Part shown: positions 1 to 10,163 of the stretch, piece by piece | Numbering within the stretch: the first letter of the stretch is position 1 | Layout: every line of letters begins with the position of its first letter | From: a virus | Direction: 5' to 3' (one strand) | Virus record (IMG/VR): IMGVR_UViG_3300005673_000301 | Length of the DNA: 64,000 nucleotides | The notes under the pieces: generated by a model | The model's input: only the letters and a program-made list of their open reading frames with translations | Databases searched by the model: none | What the model was told of the DNA's origin: nothing | Made by a program: the position numbers and the translations under genes

Positions 1-16
1 GTGTGCAGGTCCCGAC

Positions 17-259
17 ATGGAAGGACGGTGCGTGATGTTTCCGGCGTGTGAGAGTTTGATCCACGAGTTCGGTCCGTTCGCCCCGCCGCCGCCGGCTGAC
101 TATCGGGCGGATTGGCATGGTTGTGTTGCTCGGCATACGTGTGAGGGGTGTTTGTCGGCGTTGCGTGAAATGTTGCAGAAGCATGCGGTTTTCAAGTGTG
201 CGGAGTGCGGTGGACATTATCCGAATCCGAACGAATACATTACCTGGGAGCGGCTGTGA
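17..259 (+). CDS. Hypothetical Cys-rich protein
   Basis: CxxC pairs; stop overlaps next GTG (GTGA). Confidence 0.5.
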   Translation: MEGRCVMFPACESLIHEFGPFAPPPPADYRADWHGCVARHTCEGCLSALREMLQKHAVFKCAECGGHYPNPNEYITWERL

Positions 260-810
260 GCCAGTTTGAAAGGGTTGTGGGGCTTGACTTGTCCCTCACC
301 TCCACCGGTATTGCCGTCAACCCTCTGGATGGTCGGATCGACGTCCAGAAAATCAAATCCACTGGCAAGAAAACCGATAGCTGGGCGCAACGCCTCACCC
401 GCATCCAAGACATCGCACGCCGGGTGGAGTTCCAGGTGGGGCGGGATGCCCTCGTGATCCTGGAAGCCCCGTCGTACGGGTCGAGTACGGGTTCGCAGCA
501 TGACCGGTCTGGGTTGTGGTGGGAAGTGTTCCTGCGACTCGCGACGTCGGGGTCGACGGTTGTTCCGGTTGAGCCGACGAAGGTGAAGAAGTTCGCGACC
601 GGTAAAGGTAACGCCGACAAGGACAAGGTGTTGGCGGAAGTTGTACGCAGATACCCGGATATCGACGTGGACGGCAACGACACCGCGGATGCTGTAGCTC
701 TCCTCGACATCGGTATGCATTTGCTGGGGCAGCCGCTCACGCATGTGCCTGCGTTGAACCGGACGGTGCTCGATGGGATCACAATCCCCGATCGGGTGGT
801 GGCGGCGTGA
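256..810 (+). CDS. ruvC: RuvC-like Holliday junction resolvase
   Basis: VVGLDLSLTSTG, ILEAP, VKKFATGKGNADK and DTADAVAL motifs; GTG start at 256. Confidence 0.88.
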   Translation: MSQFERVVGLDLSLTSTGIAVNPLDGRIDVQKIKSTGKKTDSWAQRLTRIQDIARRVEFQVGRDALVILEAPSYGSSTGSQHDRSGLWWEVFLRLATSGSTVVPVEPTKVKKFATGKGNADKDKVLAEVVRRYPDIDVDGNDTADAVALLDIGMHLLGQPLTHVPALNRTVLDGITIPDRVVAA

Positions 811-1028
811 ACGATCATCAGGAGCCGTTGATTCCGACCGTGGGGGAGTTGGGGACGTTGCGGCGGGAGTATCGGATCACCTACCGGGACAACGACACCG
901 GCGCCGAATACGTGCTGTTGGCGGACTCAACAGCGTGGATGGCGCAGCGTCGACAGCTCACGGACGCGGGGTTTGATGTGGCGGTGCAGGAGCGTGAGGT
1001 TCGCGTGTCGGATTGGAGGCGGTTGTGA
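807..1028 (+). CDS. Hypothetical protein
   Basis: Coupled by a 4-bp overlap to the resolvase gene. Confidence 0.6.
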   Translation: MNDHQEPLIPTVGELGTLRREYRITYRDNDTGAEYVLLADSTAWMAQRRQLTDAGFDVAVQEREVRVSDWRRL

Positions 1029-1217
1029 TGTGTCCGAAGGCAGCAACATATTTGGGGATGCGCCGTGATGGGTTTGATGTGGATTTGCGAGCGTACGTGG
1101 GTTTGGTGGAAGCGGTGGAGGATGTTTTGAAGTGGTGGACGGCGTTCTAACTCGGATGCTTCCTTCACGCCGGTCGATACACTACAATGTAAACATGCAA
1201 TGTGATTGGAGTAGGCT

Positions 1218-1847
1218 GTGACCGATCGAGACCTCATCACCGAAGGGCGCGCCCTGCTGGCCGCTGCGACGCCCGCGCCTTGGGACGTCGCCGACGAGAT
1301 CGACGGCGTGCGTGCTGGGCGACCGACTGTCGTCAAGGCAACCAAGGGCGACCGCCGTCATCGGGTCGTCACTGTTAGCCAGACACGCCATCACCATGAG
1401 CCCGCCGAGCCGAATGTCGCGTTGATCGTGTGGATGCGGAACAACCTACCTGCCCTCCTCGACGAACTCGAAGAAGCCCGCAACGCATACACGCAACTCC
1501 ACCGCGACACCCAGGATGGGTGGGCGCGGATCGCAGCCCGGCAGGAACGTGACCGGGAACGGATCACAGAGTTGGAGCAGCAGGCCGCGCTGGACGCTAT
1601 GCCCGCATCCCGCGACCACGACCAGGCAGGCGAGATCGAACACCTCCGCGCCCGAGTCGCCGAACTCGAACGGTTCGAAACGACGCGAAGTATGTACGAC
1701 AGGGTTGTTGACCGGGCGGGCGAGCTGCTGAAAGAACGCGACGCGCTCAGCGTCCGCATCGCTGAGTTGCTGACGCAGCGTAGGGCCGCGGCAGACACAG
1801 TGCAATCTCTCCGTGCCCGAGTCGCCGAGCTAGAGGACAAGTCCTAA
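1218..1847 (+). CDS. Ead/Ea22-like coiled-coil phage protein
   Basis: AATPAPW and RNNLPALLDELE motifs; repeated LRARVAELE coiled coil. Confidence 0.6.
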   Translation: MTDRDLITEGRALLAAATPAPWDVADEIDGVRAGRPTVVKATKGDRRHRVVTVSQTRHHHEPAEPNVALIVWMRNNLPALLDELEEARNAYTQLHRDTQDGWARIAARQERDRERITELEQQAALDAMPASRDHDQAGEIEHLRARVAELERFETTRSMYDRVVDRAGELLKERDALSVRIAELLTQRRAAADTVQSLRARVAELEDKS

Positions 1848-2224
1848 TGGGGCACACGATCATCAAACCGTTACGCGACGACGACTTCTACGTCGTCTAC
1901 TCATCCGTGGTGGATGCCCCTATCCAGTTCGGCACACGCGCGGAACTCGAAGCGACCTACGAGTTCGCCGCACCCGTCCGTTTCGAGCGGGCAGACGAGC
2001 ACGGAACATCCTCCTTCCACCGCTGGCACGGATGGGACGACAAGGTCATCTCCGTGCGTGGGGGGTTTCGCCCTGGCGCTTACCCCGCGAATGCTTGGTG
2101 CGCGACCGTCGCACGCGAGGACCTCCGCGCGTTGTGCGAATCGGTGGACGCCGACGGCTACTGGAACCCGCTGGACGGACTCATCACCTGGGAGTTCTTC
2201 GAAGAAGTGGACGACCGTGGCTGA
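1847..2224 (+). CDS. Hypothetical protein
   Basis: Coupled ORF (TAATG). Confidence 0.65.
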   Translation: MGHTIIKPLRDDDFYVVYSSVVDAPIQFGTRAELEATYEFAAPVRFERADEHGTSSFHRWHGWDDKVISVRGGFRPGAYPANAWCATVAREDLRALCESVDADGYWNPLDGLITWEFFEEVDDRG

Positions 2225-2474
2225 CAACCCAATCCGCACGACTTGGGCAGTGCATGTCCGCGGCACCGACGACCTCCTGCCCGCCGAGGGACGCGCTGAC
2301 GCCCACCAGCGTGCCCACGACGCGAACACGACCCTCCTCGCCACGGAGGCCGGACCGACCCCGCCTCACGCCTACGCCCCATCAGTTTGGGCTGTCCCAT
2401 ACGAACTGGACGAACCCCAAACCGTCACCGTCCACGAGATCGAAGACGCCTGGAAGGAATGGCACCGTGGATGA
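2217..2474 (+). CDS. Hypothetical protein
   Basis: GTG start inside track ORF 1914..2474; overlaps both neighbours. Confidence 0.55.
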   Translation: MADNPIRTTWAVHVRGTDDLLPAEGRADAHQRAHDANTTLLATEAGPTPPHAYAPSVWAVPYELDEPQTVTVHEIEDAWKEWHRG

Positions 2475-2781
2475 CCAGACCGCCCGCGACCAACTCCACA
2501 CGATCATTTCGGCGCTGGTGTTCGACAGGGACGACGCCCGCATGGCCGCTGATGCTTTGTACGCATTGGGTTGGCGGCCACCAGCTCAAGTTGTCGAGAC
2601 CGCCGAGGAATTAGATGCACTGCCGGAGGGCACGGTAGTTCGTGACGCTGAGGGCTACGTCGTCGAACGCAATGCAGACGGGTACGGATCGATGGCTGGT
2701 GGTGCAACTGAGTGGTGGGCTGCACTGCCGCTACCCGCCACCGTGCTGTGGGACCCCACCAATGCCAGCCCACCCGAATAG
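2467..2781 (+). CDS. Hypothetical protein
   Basis: GTG start at 2467; ELDALPEGTVVRD...PATVLW motif typical of actinophage small proteins. Confidence 0.6.
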   Translation: MDDQTARDQLHTIISALVFDRDDARMAADALYALGWRPPAQVVETAEELDALPEGTVVRDAEGYVVERNADGYGSMAGGATEWWAALPLPATVLWDPTNASPPE

Positions 2782-2793
2782 ACAGGACCTCCT

Positions 2794-3897
2794 ATGACTC
2801 TCGGATTCACCATCCACCGCGACACACTCGCAGACGCCATCAACACCATCGCCCGCACACTCCCCGCCCGACCCAACATCCCCGTCCTCGCCGGCGTACT
2901 CATCAACGCCACCCCAGACGGAGTGATCCTGTCCGGGTTCGACTACGAAGTGTCCACCCAAACCCGAGTCACCGCCGAAAACACCACCGCTGGCGCGGCA
3001 CTCGTATCGGGGAAGCTCCTCGCAGGCATCACCAAAGCGCTCCCCAACAAACCCGTCACCATCACCGAAACCCCCGGACGAGTCACCCTCGCATGTGGGG
3101 CCGCGAAATTCACGCTCCCCACCATGCCCGTCGAAGACTATCCACAACTCCCCGAACTCCCCACCACCGCAGGGAAAATCGACACCGACCTGTTCACCAG
3201 CGCGGCCGGGCAAGTGCTGTCAGCCGTCGGGAAAGACGACACCCTCCCCATGCTGACAGGCGTGCGGGTGGAGATCGACGGCCCACAGATCGTTATGGCT
3301 GCCACCGACCGATTCCGGCTCGCTATCCGCACCCTCGAATGGGAACCCGACACCACCGGGTTCGAGACCGCGTTCCTGGTGCCCGGTAAAACACTCACCG
3401 AAGTCACCAAATCGTTCGCCACACACGCTCCTATCGAACTGTCGATCAGTGACACTCTCCTCGGGATCGTCAACAACGGCACCCGAACCACTACCCGCCT
3501 ACTCGATGCGGAGTTCCCGAAGTTCCGGCAACTCCTCCCCAAAGAACACACCGCACAAGCCGTCATCGACGTCGACGAACTGACTCAGGCTGTGAAGCGT
3601 GTGTCGCTGTTGGCGGAGCGTGGCGCCCAAGTGCGACTCGAGTTCACAGAGGGCACGGTGACGTTGACCGCGGGTGGGGATGAGTTGGGGCGCGCCGAGG
3701 AACGCCTGTCGATCGAGTTCGAAGGTGAACCGCTCACTATCGCGTTCAACCCTGGCTACTTGCTGGACGGGTTGAACGCGGTGAAATCGGAGTTGGTGCG
3801 GTTCGGTTTCACCACCGCGAACCGGCCCGCGATCCTGCAACCCACCGACAGTGACGGTTTCACGTATCTGCTGATGCCGGTCAGGTTGCCGTCATGA
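2794..3897 (+). CDS. dnaN: DNA polymerase III beta sliding clamp
   Basis: 367 aa; SGFDYEVS, ATDRFRLA, RLLDAEFPKFRQLLP, IAFNPGYLLDGL, YLLMPVRL. Confidence 0.96.
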   Translation: MTLGFTIHRDTLADAINTIARTLPARPNIPVLAGVLINATPDGVILSGFDYEVSTQTRVTAENTTAGAALVSGKLLAGITKALPNKPVTITETPGRVTLACGAAKFTLPTMPVEDYPQLPELPTTAGKIDTDLFTSAAGQVLSAVGKDDTLPMLTGVRVEIDGPQIVMAATDRFRLAIRTLEWEPDTTGFETAFLVPGKTLTEVTKSFATHAPIELSISDTLLGIVNNGTRTTTRLLDAEFPKFRQLLPKEHTAQAVIDVDELTQAVKRVSLLAERGAQVRLEFTEGTVTLTAGGDELGRAEERLSIEFEGEPLTIAFNPGYLLDGLNAVKSELVRFGFTTANRPAILQPTDSDGFTYLLMPVRLPS

Positions 3898-4039
3898 CGG
3901 GTTGGCATTGGCATCGGTGGACGCGTTGGCAGAAAGTGTTCGGGAAGCCATCCCTGTTTGGGGTGGAGCGGGCGTTGTTTCAGGAACGGTATTGCGAGGT
4001 GTGCGGCCGTATCCAACGCACAGAAATCAGGTGGGCAGG

Positions 4040-4840
4040 ATGACCACAGTCCGAAACAAGCAGAGTAGTGAACAGATGATCGCGGAAACAATCGCAGTCC
4101 CCAACACAATCATTCGCGGCCAAGTCGGGTCCGGCCTCCACGGCGTCACAACCGGCGCGGATGACCGCGACGAGATGGGTGTCTGCATCGAGCCACCCGA
4201 ATACGTCATCGGAAACTCCCGGTTCGAGCAGTACATCTACCGCACCCAACCGGAAGGTGTCCGCTCCGGACCCGGTGACCTTGATCTGGTCGTCTACAGC
4301 CTCCGTAAGTGGGCGAGGCTCGCCGCGCAGGGGAATCCGACGATCCTGCTGCTGATGTTCATTCCGCGTTCGGAACTCGTAGTGAACACCGAGTTTGGTC
4401 GTGACCTGCAGGCGCATCCTGAGCGGTTCCTTTCGCGACAAGTCGCGCACCGGTTCGGCGGCTACCTTGTGTCGCAGCGCGACCAGCTGTTGGGCCTCAA
4501 GTCGAAGAAGCATACGAACCGGCCAGAGTTGGTTGACCTGTACGGGTTCGATTCAAAGTTCGCTTACCACATGGTCCGTTTGGGTTTGCAAGGCGTGGAA
4601 CTCCTGACTACAGGGAAGATCACGCTGCCTGTTCCTGAACCGGACCGCAGCTGGTTGACCGATCTGCGGCATGGTCGGCACACGAAAGAGGAAGCACTCG
4701 ACCGTGCCGATGACCTGCTGAACCAACTGAATCGGCTCGCAGCGACCGCGGACCTGCCCGAGTATCCGAACCAGCGGGAGATTGACCGGTGGCTCACAAA
4801 CACCTACCGGGATTGGTGGACAGACAGGGCGTTGGTGTGA
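4040..4840 (+). CDS. Pol-beta superfamily nucleotidyltransferase (RlaP/YcgL-like)
   Basis: GSGLHG..DDRDEMG, GNPTILLLMF and KFAYHMVRLGLQGVELL motifs. Confidence 0.85.
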   Translation: MTTVRNKQSSEQMIAETIAVPNTIIRGQVGSGLHGVTTGADDRDEMGVCIEPPEYVIGNSRFEQYIYRTQPEGVRSGPGDLDLVVYSLRKWARLAAQGNPTILLLMFIPRSELVVNTEFGRDLQAHPERFLSRQVAHRFGGYLVSQRDQLLGLKSKKHTNRPELVDLYGFDSKFAYHMVRLGLQGVELLTTGKITLPVPEPDRSWLTDLRHGRHTKEEALDRADDLLNQLNRLAATADLPEYPNQREIDRWLTNTYRDWWTDRALV

Positions 4841-5169
4841 TGACCATTGAAGAAGCTGCCCCGGTGACGCCGTATCAGGCGCGCCTCTATGGGGCTGTGA
4901 TCCACGGCTACGACCGCGGCAGGCGGCGTACCGAACGGATGGTGCGAGTGTTGTGGCAGTCCCGCCGGCGCTGGCAGTTGGAAGCCGAGACCGAGCGGAA
5001 GCAGGCGGCGCAGGTGTTGGTTCGGGTGCGGGTTGCGGAAGCGATTTTGGAAGCTTCCGGGGATACGGTGCGCACTGATTTGGTTCGGTTTGCGCTCGAT
5101 CCGACTGTTGAATGTCCCGCGGATTGGGTGGAAACGTTGATCGTGTTGCGGGATCAACTTGCTGCCTGA
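4840..5169 (+). CDS. Hypothetical protein
   Basis: Coupled ATG at 4840. Confidence 0.55.
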   Translation: MTIEEAAPVTPYQARLYGAVIHGYDRGRRRTERMVRVLWQSRRRWQLEAETERKQAAQVLVRVRVAEAILEASGDTVRTDLVRFALDPTVECPADWVETLIVLRDQLAA

Positions 5170-5225
5170 GGCGTGTTTGGTGGCGTGAATAGACTTGTTT
5201 GTGAAACCGTTTTAGGAGTAGAGAT

Positions 5226-5693
5226 ATGGCGGGCGAAGCCGTTATCACAATTGTCGGTAATCTGACTGCTGACCCGGAGTTGAGGTTCACGCCGGGTGGG
5301 GCTGCGGTCGCGAACTTCACTGTCGCGTCGACACCTCGGGTGTTCGATAAGAATGCGAATGAGTGGAAGGACGCTGATCCGCTGTTTATGCGTTGCAATG
5401 TGTGGCGTGAGATGGCGGAGAATGTTGCGGAAAGTCTGACGCGTGGGGCGCGGGTGGTTGTGCAGGGGCGTTTGAAGCAGCGTTCGTATGAGAACCGTGA
5501 AGGGGAGAAACGCACCATTGTTGAGCTTGAGGTTGATGAGGTGGGGCCGTCGTTGCGGTATGCGGTTGCGCAGGTGAATAAGGCTGACCGTTCGAGTACG
5601 AGCGGTGCGGCAAGTAGTAGGTCGACGGCGGATGATCCGTGGGCGTCTCCGCGGTCAGGCACTGTCCGGGATGATCCGGAGCCGCCGTTCTGA
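5226..5693 (+). CDS. ssb: Single-stranded DNA-binding protein
   Basis: [17 protein letters not shown]; acidic tail ending EPPF; AGGAG RBS. Confidence 0.97.
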   Translation: MAGEAVITIVGNLTADPELRFTPGGAAVANFTVASTPRVFDKNANEWKDADPLFMRCNVWREMAENVAESLTRGARVVVQGRLKQRSYENREGEKRTIVELEVDEVGPSLRYAVAQVNKADRSSTSGAASSRSTADDPWASPRSGTVRDDPEPPF

Positions 5694-5935
5694 TGGTGGT
5701 GGGTGAACGGTTTACAGCGTGGGCGATGTGCCCACGCTGTCGAGCCGTGGCCGTGCACTACATGAGACCGCCAAATCCGCAGCCCGAGCTGCACGAATCC
5801 GCAACGGACATGATCGACGTGCATTCATTCGGCGGCGGGATCGTACGGTCATACGTGCATGGCGGTAACGATGAAACCGGTTTCGAAGTGGTTAGGCAGT
5901 GCCAGCGCTGCGGGTACGAGTGGGGGCAAACGTGA
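5693..5935 (+). CDS. Hypothetical Zn-ribbon protein
   Basis: CPRC...CQRC pairs; coupled. Confidence 0.6.
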   Translation: MVVGERFTAWAMCPRCRAVAVHYMRPPNPQPELHESATDMIDVHSFGGGIVRSYVHGGNDETGFEVVRQCQRCGYEWGQT

Positions 5936-5941
5936 GGAGCG

Positions 5942-6133
5942 GTGATGGTGCGGGAGCTTGAATGGCCTGACGGTGTTGAACCGGAATGGTGGACGACGTG
6001 GATGCGGATCATGCGGGGCCGGAACCCGCAGGTCGCGGATTTGTTGCGGGATCGGATGGCGGAGTTGTTGGAGGAGCAGCGGCAGCAAAGCAAACGCGCC
6101 TTCTGGACCAAACCCGACAACGACGCCGCATGA
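5942..6133 (+). CDS. Hypothetical protein
   Basis: GAGGAG RBS; coupled to next gene. Confidence 0.55.
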   Translation: MMVRELEWPDGVEPEWWTTWMRIMRGRNPQVADLLRDRMAELLEEQRQQSKRAFWTKPDNDAA

Positions 6134-6459
6134 GCAGCGGCGAGGGCATGGCGGAGTTCATCACGGCGCGGCTCACTGAGCAGGAGCAGGACGCTCGGAA
6201 GGCTCAACGAGCGGCCAAGTCTCAAGGCGGCGAGCTCTGGGTTGTGACAGGCATCGATAACGCGGTCGGTGTGGATTATTACCCCGCGCGCGAGCTGCGG
6301 CTGTGTGCGGCGATTCGCATCTTGATCGCCGGGCATGAGCCGACCAGATTTGGCGACGAACCTGGGAACTCTTGTGCTGCGTGCTCGCACGATATCGCCG
6401 ACGGTAGTTTCGCCGCAAGTTTTGTGTTTGGTGGTGTCCGATACGCTTTCCATAAATAG
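6130..6459 (+). CDS. Hypothetical protein (DUF6221-like N-terminus)
   Basis: AEFITARLTEQE and PARELRLCAAIR motifs. Confidence 0.5.
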   Translation: MSSGEGMAEFITARLTEQEQDARKAQRAAKSQGGELWVVTGIDNAVGVDYYPARELRLCAAIRILIAGHEPTRFGDEPGNSCAACSHDIADGSFAASFVFGGVRYAFHK

Positions 6460-6482
6460 GGGATTGTGGAAAGTGGAGGACA

Positions 6483-6686
6483 GTGGTGGCGGATATTGGA
6501 TGGGTGCGGAAGTTTCTCACCGCACCGGTTAAGCCAGGGTATCGGGTTGCGGAGGCGCAGCTTGAAGTGTTGGTGGCGATTCACGACCTGATAGCGGAAC
6601 TCGTCGAACAAGGACGCCCGCCGAGAATTGCCGCTAACAGCATCAGCTACAACCCAGTAAACAACGACGACGGTTCTGATGAGTAA
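6483..6686 (+). CDS. Hypothetical protein
   Basis: GGAGG RBS upstream. Confidence 0.45.
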   Translation: MVADIGWVRKFLTAPVKPGYRVAEAQLEVLVAIHDLIAELVEQGRPPRIAANSISYNPVNNDDGSDE

Positions 6687-6878
6687 CCCAGACCCCGTCG
6701 AAACATGGGTAGATGAAGACATGCTGGGGTTGGGTGAAGAGGTGGAGCCGGATGAACCGGATTGCGGTTAGTGGTGTCGCACTATTTGGGGTCGTTGCTG
6801 CGTGGCTTATTTGCATGCCTACTGTTCTCGGTAGCATGGCTCGCGCATCCCAAAACAGTCTCGTCTACATCGACGACA

Positions 6879-7055
6879 ATGAATAACCGACTCAGGGTGC
6901 AAAGAATCACCTGCATCTCCCATGGCTGCGTGTTATGGGAAGGCCACCACCTCGACCCAGACGAGATTAAAGCCCTCCAAGCCGGGCACACCCTCGCCCA
7001 CTTCAACCGGCCCGTCACGCCACACGATTTGTTCGAACGAGAGCCCGACGAATGA
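6879..7055 (+). CDS. Hypothetical protein
   Basis: ATG at 6879; ATGA overlap with next gene. Confidence 0.45.
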   Translation: MNNRLRVQRITCISHGCVLWEGHHLDPDEIKALQAGHTLAHFNRPVTPHDLFEREPDE

Positions 7056-7369
7056 AAGACACGTTGAAAGAACTAGCCCGCGACATATGGGCGGCAGCGA
7101 CCTGCTTCGACCTGGTGTTCCTGCTGATTTTCGCCGGTATCGCGGTCTCGTCGTTTATGCGGGGAGATCTCGCGTGGGGGTTCGTCAGTCTCATTTTCGC
7201 GGGCTGGCAGGTGGTTGTGGTGCTGTGGAAAGCGGTCGCTTTGAAGTGGCAGCGCATGTACGAGACCGAACGCGAGCGGAACCGGTCGGTGCATGTGGAT
7301 GACCAAGAGTGGCTGCAGCGCGCCGAGTGGTCAATGCGGCAGCAACGAGGCGGGCAGTGGCGTGGATGA
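7052..7369 (+). CDS. Membrane protein
   Basis: Two hydrophobic segments. Confidence 0.6.
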   Translation: MKDTLKELARDIWAAATCFDLVFLLIFAGIAVSSFMRGDLAWGFVSLIFAGWQVVVVLWKAVALKWQRMYETERERNRSVHVDDQEWLQRAEWSMRQQRGGQWRG

Positions 7370-7444
7370 CTACGACGATATGGCGGACTGGCTCGACGCC
7401 GACGAACACTGCACGATCTGCGACCACTACTGGATGGACTGCGA

Positions 7445-7621
7445 ATGCTGAACCGGTGGCGACGCAACCGCGAACCCAAAAGCAAACCAGCACCCCGCAC
7501 ACTGACTGAAATCCTCGACCAGGCAGACGAACTCGCCGACCACTTCGAACACCACTTCAAACCCACCAGCGTGACAGACGTTGCTCAAAACCACGGCACC
7601 GGCAAGGAAGAGAGCCAGTGA
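7445..7621 (+). CDS. Small hypothetical protein (58 aa)
   Basis: Read manually: MLNRWRRNREPK...; overlaps next start. Confidence 0.4.
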   Translation: MLNRWRRNREPKSKPAPRTLTEILDQADELADHFEHHFKPTSVTDVAQNHGTGKEESQ

Positions 7622-8424
7622 TGCGGATACACCGCCACATCATCGACTACGCCAAAGACAAGCACCGTCATCAATCAGGCGTAGTCCACAACAAGGGTTG
7701 GTTCTTCGGCCTCGAGCGGGGCGGCGACGGGACGCGACATCGGCTCCGAATCCAAACCATCCTCCAGAAACCCCGTCCCGAGTTTTCGGCGCGTCTGCAC
7801 GTCGGCGGAGGATGGTCCGAAACCCCATTCGACACGCACCTCACCATCCTCGGGAGCGGCGTCTATTTGGGCATCGGCGCTGGTTCGAAACTCGCCGAAA
7901 AGCTCAGTCGTGAGACCAGGCATAAGTACGAGGGTCGCGACATCAGTATCGCCATCCACGATGGCTCGCTGTGGTGGAAAGTCTGGACGCACAACAACCA
8001 CTGGGAAAGCGGAGAGTTCGCGAAGTGGCGGGACTCCCACACCGATATCAACCCGCTCGACCGTGTCCTGGGCCGCCGCCGCTACTGGTATGAGGACGAA
8101 TCGACAGCATTGATCGCAGTCGCCATGCCCGAAGGCATCTACCCAGTCAAGGCGACCTTGCAGCGGCAGAAGTTCGGGCGCCCGAAGGTCAAGAAGCGGA
8201 CCGAGTCGTGGGTGGTGGACGTTGATGCACCGAAAGGCATCCCTTATCGAGTCGACCACTCTGGCGGTTGGAAAGGCGACCGAGTGTATGGATTCGGTGT
8301 CAGCCTGCGGGAGAAGCGCGACGACTGGACAGTTGACGCGAAAGCAGCGATCGAGGCATGGGTGTTGCGGCAGCGCGCCGATACAGGATTTCGCAAACCT
8401 GACCCCGTGAAGGACCCTGCGTGA
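7618..8424 (+). CDS. Hypothetical protein
   Basis: 268-aa coupled ORF with normal codon pattern. Confidence 0.7.
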   Translation: MMRIHRHIIDYAKDKHRHQSGVVHNKGWFFGLERGGDGTRHRLRIQTILQKPRPEFSARLHVGGGWSETPFDTHLTILGSGVYLGIGAGSKLAEKLSRETRHKYEGRDISIAIHDGSLWWKVWTHNNHWESGEFAKWRDSHTDINPLDRVLGRRRYWYEDESTALIAVAMPEGIYPVKATLQRQKFGRPKVKKRTESWVVDVDAPKGIPYRVDHSGGWKGDRVYGFGVSLREKRDDWTVDAKAAIEAWVLRQRADTGFRKPDPVKDPA

Positions 8425-9080
8425 GTGAGGACACCGCTGAACTCGTCGCCGGCGCACACACGGCCTTCGCCGATGCCGTACACGCCCTCATCGGGCTCCG
8501 ACCCGACCACATCATCCGCGACAACCACACCGAGCCCGTCATTCTCGACAGCATCTACAGTGAACTCCTCGAAGCCCGGTTCGGGGAGAAACGGGAGCAG
8601 GAATCGGTTCGCCGGTCGGTGCATGGGTCGAACGCGCCAGGCAACACCGACATCATCTCGCTGCTCGACAGGATCGACCGCACGACCCGCCGATGGTGGC
8701 CCACCGCACCCACCGAACCCGAAAGCCAGCCTGCTACAGTGCGGCGCTTGTATGCGCTCACTGATCACCGGTGGGAGCCGCACATGGTTGGTTTGCTGCG
8801 GCGCCGTACCCATCAGATCGAATCGTGGGTGACCCGCGGGAACTGGCTCCTCGCGCACGAAACCCGCCACCAATGGGAACTCCGCGCCCCCTGCCCAGCG
8901 TGTGGGGAGACAGTGACCAGTGTTGATGACGGGCATGGTGAACTCGTCCGCAAGTATGTGCTGCAAGCGAGCGCGTCGTCGGCTATGTGTGTTGCGTGTG
9001 AAACGGTTTGGGCGCCTGAGCATTTCCGCAACCTCGCCGCCCAGATTGGGGCAGGTATGCCGACCGGAGTGCTCGAATGA
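8421..9080 (+). CDS. Conserved actinophage protein with C-terminal Zn ribbon (possible late transcription regulator)
   Basis: APCPACG...CVACETVW; regulator role is inference. Confidence 0.6.
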   Translation: MSEDTAELVAGAHTAFADAVHALIGLRPDHIIRDNHTEPVILDSIYSELLEARFGEKREQESVRRSVHGSNAPGNTDIISLLDRIDRTTRRWWPTAPTEPESQPATVRRLYALTDHRWEPHMVGLLRRRTHQIESWVTRGNWLLAHETRHQWELRAPCPACGETVTSVDDGHGELVRKYVLQASASSAMCVACETVWAPEHFRNLAAQIGAGMPTGVLE

Positions 9081-9367
9081 GGCTATGGGTCGACGATGAA
9101 CGCCCAGCGCCCGAAGGCTGGTACCACGCCTACACGTCCGCGCACGCCATCGAAATGCTGATCCTGGGGCAGCATCACATAGAGGCTATCTCGCTAGACC
9201 ATGACCTCGGTGGTGACGACACAACGCGCCCGATCATGTTGTGGATGTGTGAAAACGAGGTCTGGCCTAAAGAAGTGCGGGTGCATTCGATGAATCCGGT
9301 AGGCCGCGAATGGCTCGCGGGTATGGCACGCAGGTACGCGCCCGAGACCGTGACGGTGACAGCATGA
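9077..9367 (+). CDS. Cyclic-phosphate-processing receiver-domain protein
   Basis: LWVDDERPAP, ISLDHDLG and VHSMNPVG signature. Confidence 0.85.
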   Translation: MRLWVDDERPAPEGWYHAYTSAHAIEMLILGQHHIEAISLDHDLGGDDTTRPIMLWMCENEVWPKEVRVHSMNPVGREWLAGMARRYAPETVTVTA

Positions 9368-9585
9368 CCGATAGCGAAATGATCTTTGTGTCTGACCTCG
9401 GTATTGCCTGGTCTATTCACAACGCCGAACGACGTCTCGGTTGCACGCTCGAAGACCTGCGGGAATGGGCGCAAACCGGCGACTATCCGACGGTCCGCCA
9501 CAAGGTGGCCTGGTACACGCTCGGCCCCTACTACGACAACCGCGACCACTACCGCAGCCTGTTGGACGAGTCGAGTACCGAATGA
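9364..9585 (+). CDS. Hypothetical protein
   Basis: ATGA coupling at both ends. Confidence 0.55.
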   Translation: MTDSEMIFVSDLGIAWSIHNAERRLGCTLEDLREWAQTGDYPTVRHKVAWYTLGPYYDNRDHYRSLLDESSTE

Positions 9586-9758
9586 GCGAGCCGCAACCGG
9601 ATGACACAGTGGCGTTCTCGTTCACGGAGTTGAAAGAACTTCTGCGCGAGGCGTTCGAAGCAGGCGGGGTGCGCGAGGTCGACGCTTACTGGAGTAGTTC
9701 GTGGATCGAGTTCGAAGACTGGTTCGCGCGACTCGAATGGGACAACAGTAATGAGTAA
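9582..9758 (+). CDS. Hypothetical protein
   Basis: ATGA coupling. Confidence 0.5.
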   Translation: MSEPQPDDTVAFSFTELKELLREAFEAGGVREVDAYWSSSWIEFEDWFARLEWDNSNE

Positions 9759-10163
9759 ATGGGAACGCGACCATTTGGAGAGCCAATGAGGATCGTCAGC
9801 AAAGCCGAACTGATGCGAATGCCGAAAGGCACACTGTTCGCCGACTACCATAACAACCCCAGAGTGCCTTGGCCCGCTGGCCCTGAAGCGGTATTCGATT
9901 CTGTCTCAACGCCTGAACCAGGCAAAGAACCCACCGACTTCTTCTTCACCCTCATCTCCAGTCCCGAAGCGGACGATTCATACGAGATGATGGACCGCGA
10001 GAGCGACATGGCCGACAACGGTACCGCATATCCAGTCGGGCTCTATCCTCAACGTGAAGGCTTGTACGACCCGAACACCCGGTATCTCGTGTGGGAACCC
10101 GAGGATGTCGCCAGGATCATCAACCTGCTCCGCGGTGGGGACGACGAACAGAGCTACGAGTGA
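9759..10163 (+). CDS. Hypothetical protein
   Basis: ORF in operon; start may be 9786. Confidence 0.6.
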   Translation: MGTRPFGEPMRIVSKAELMRMPKGTLFADYHNNPRVPWPAGPEAVFDSVSTPEPGKEPTDFFFTLISSPEADDSYEMMDRESDMADNGTAYPVGLYPQREGLYDPNTRYLVWEPEDVARIINLLRGGDDEQSYE

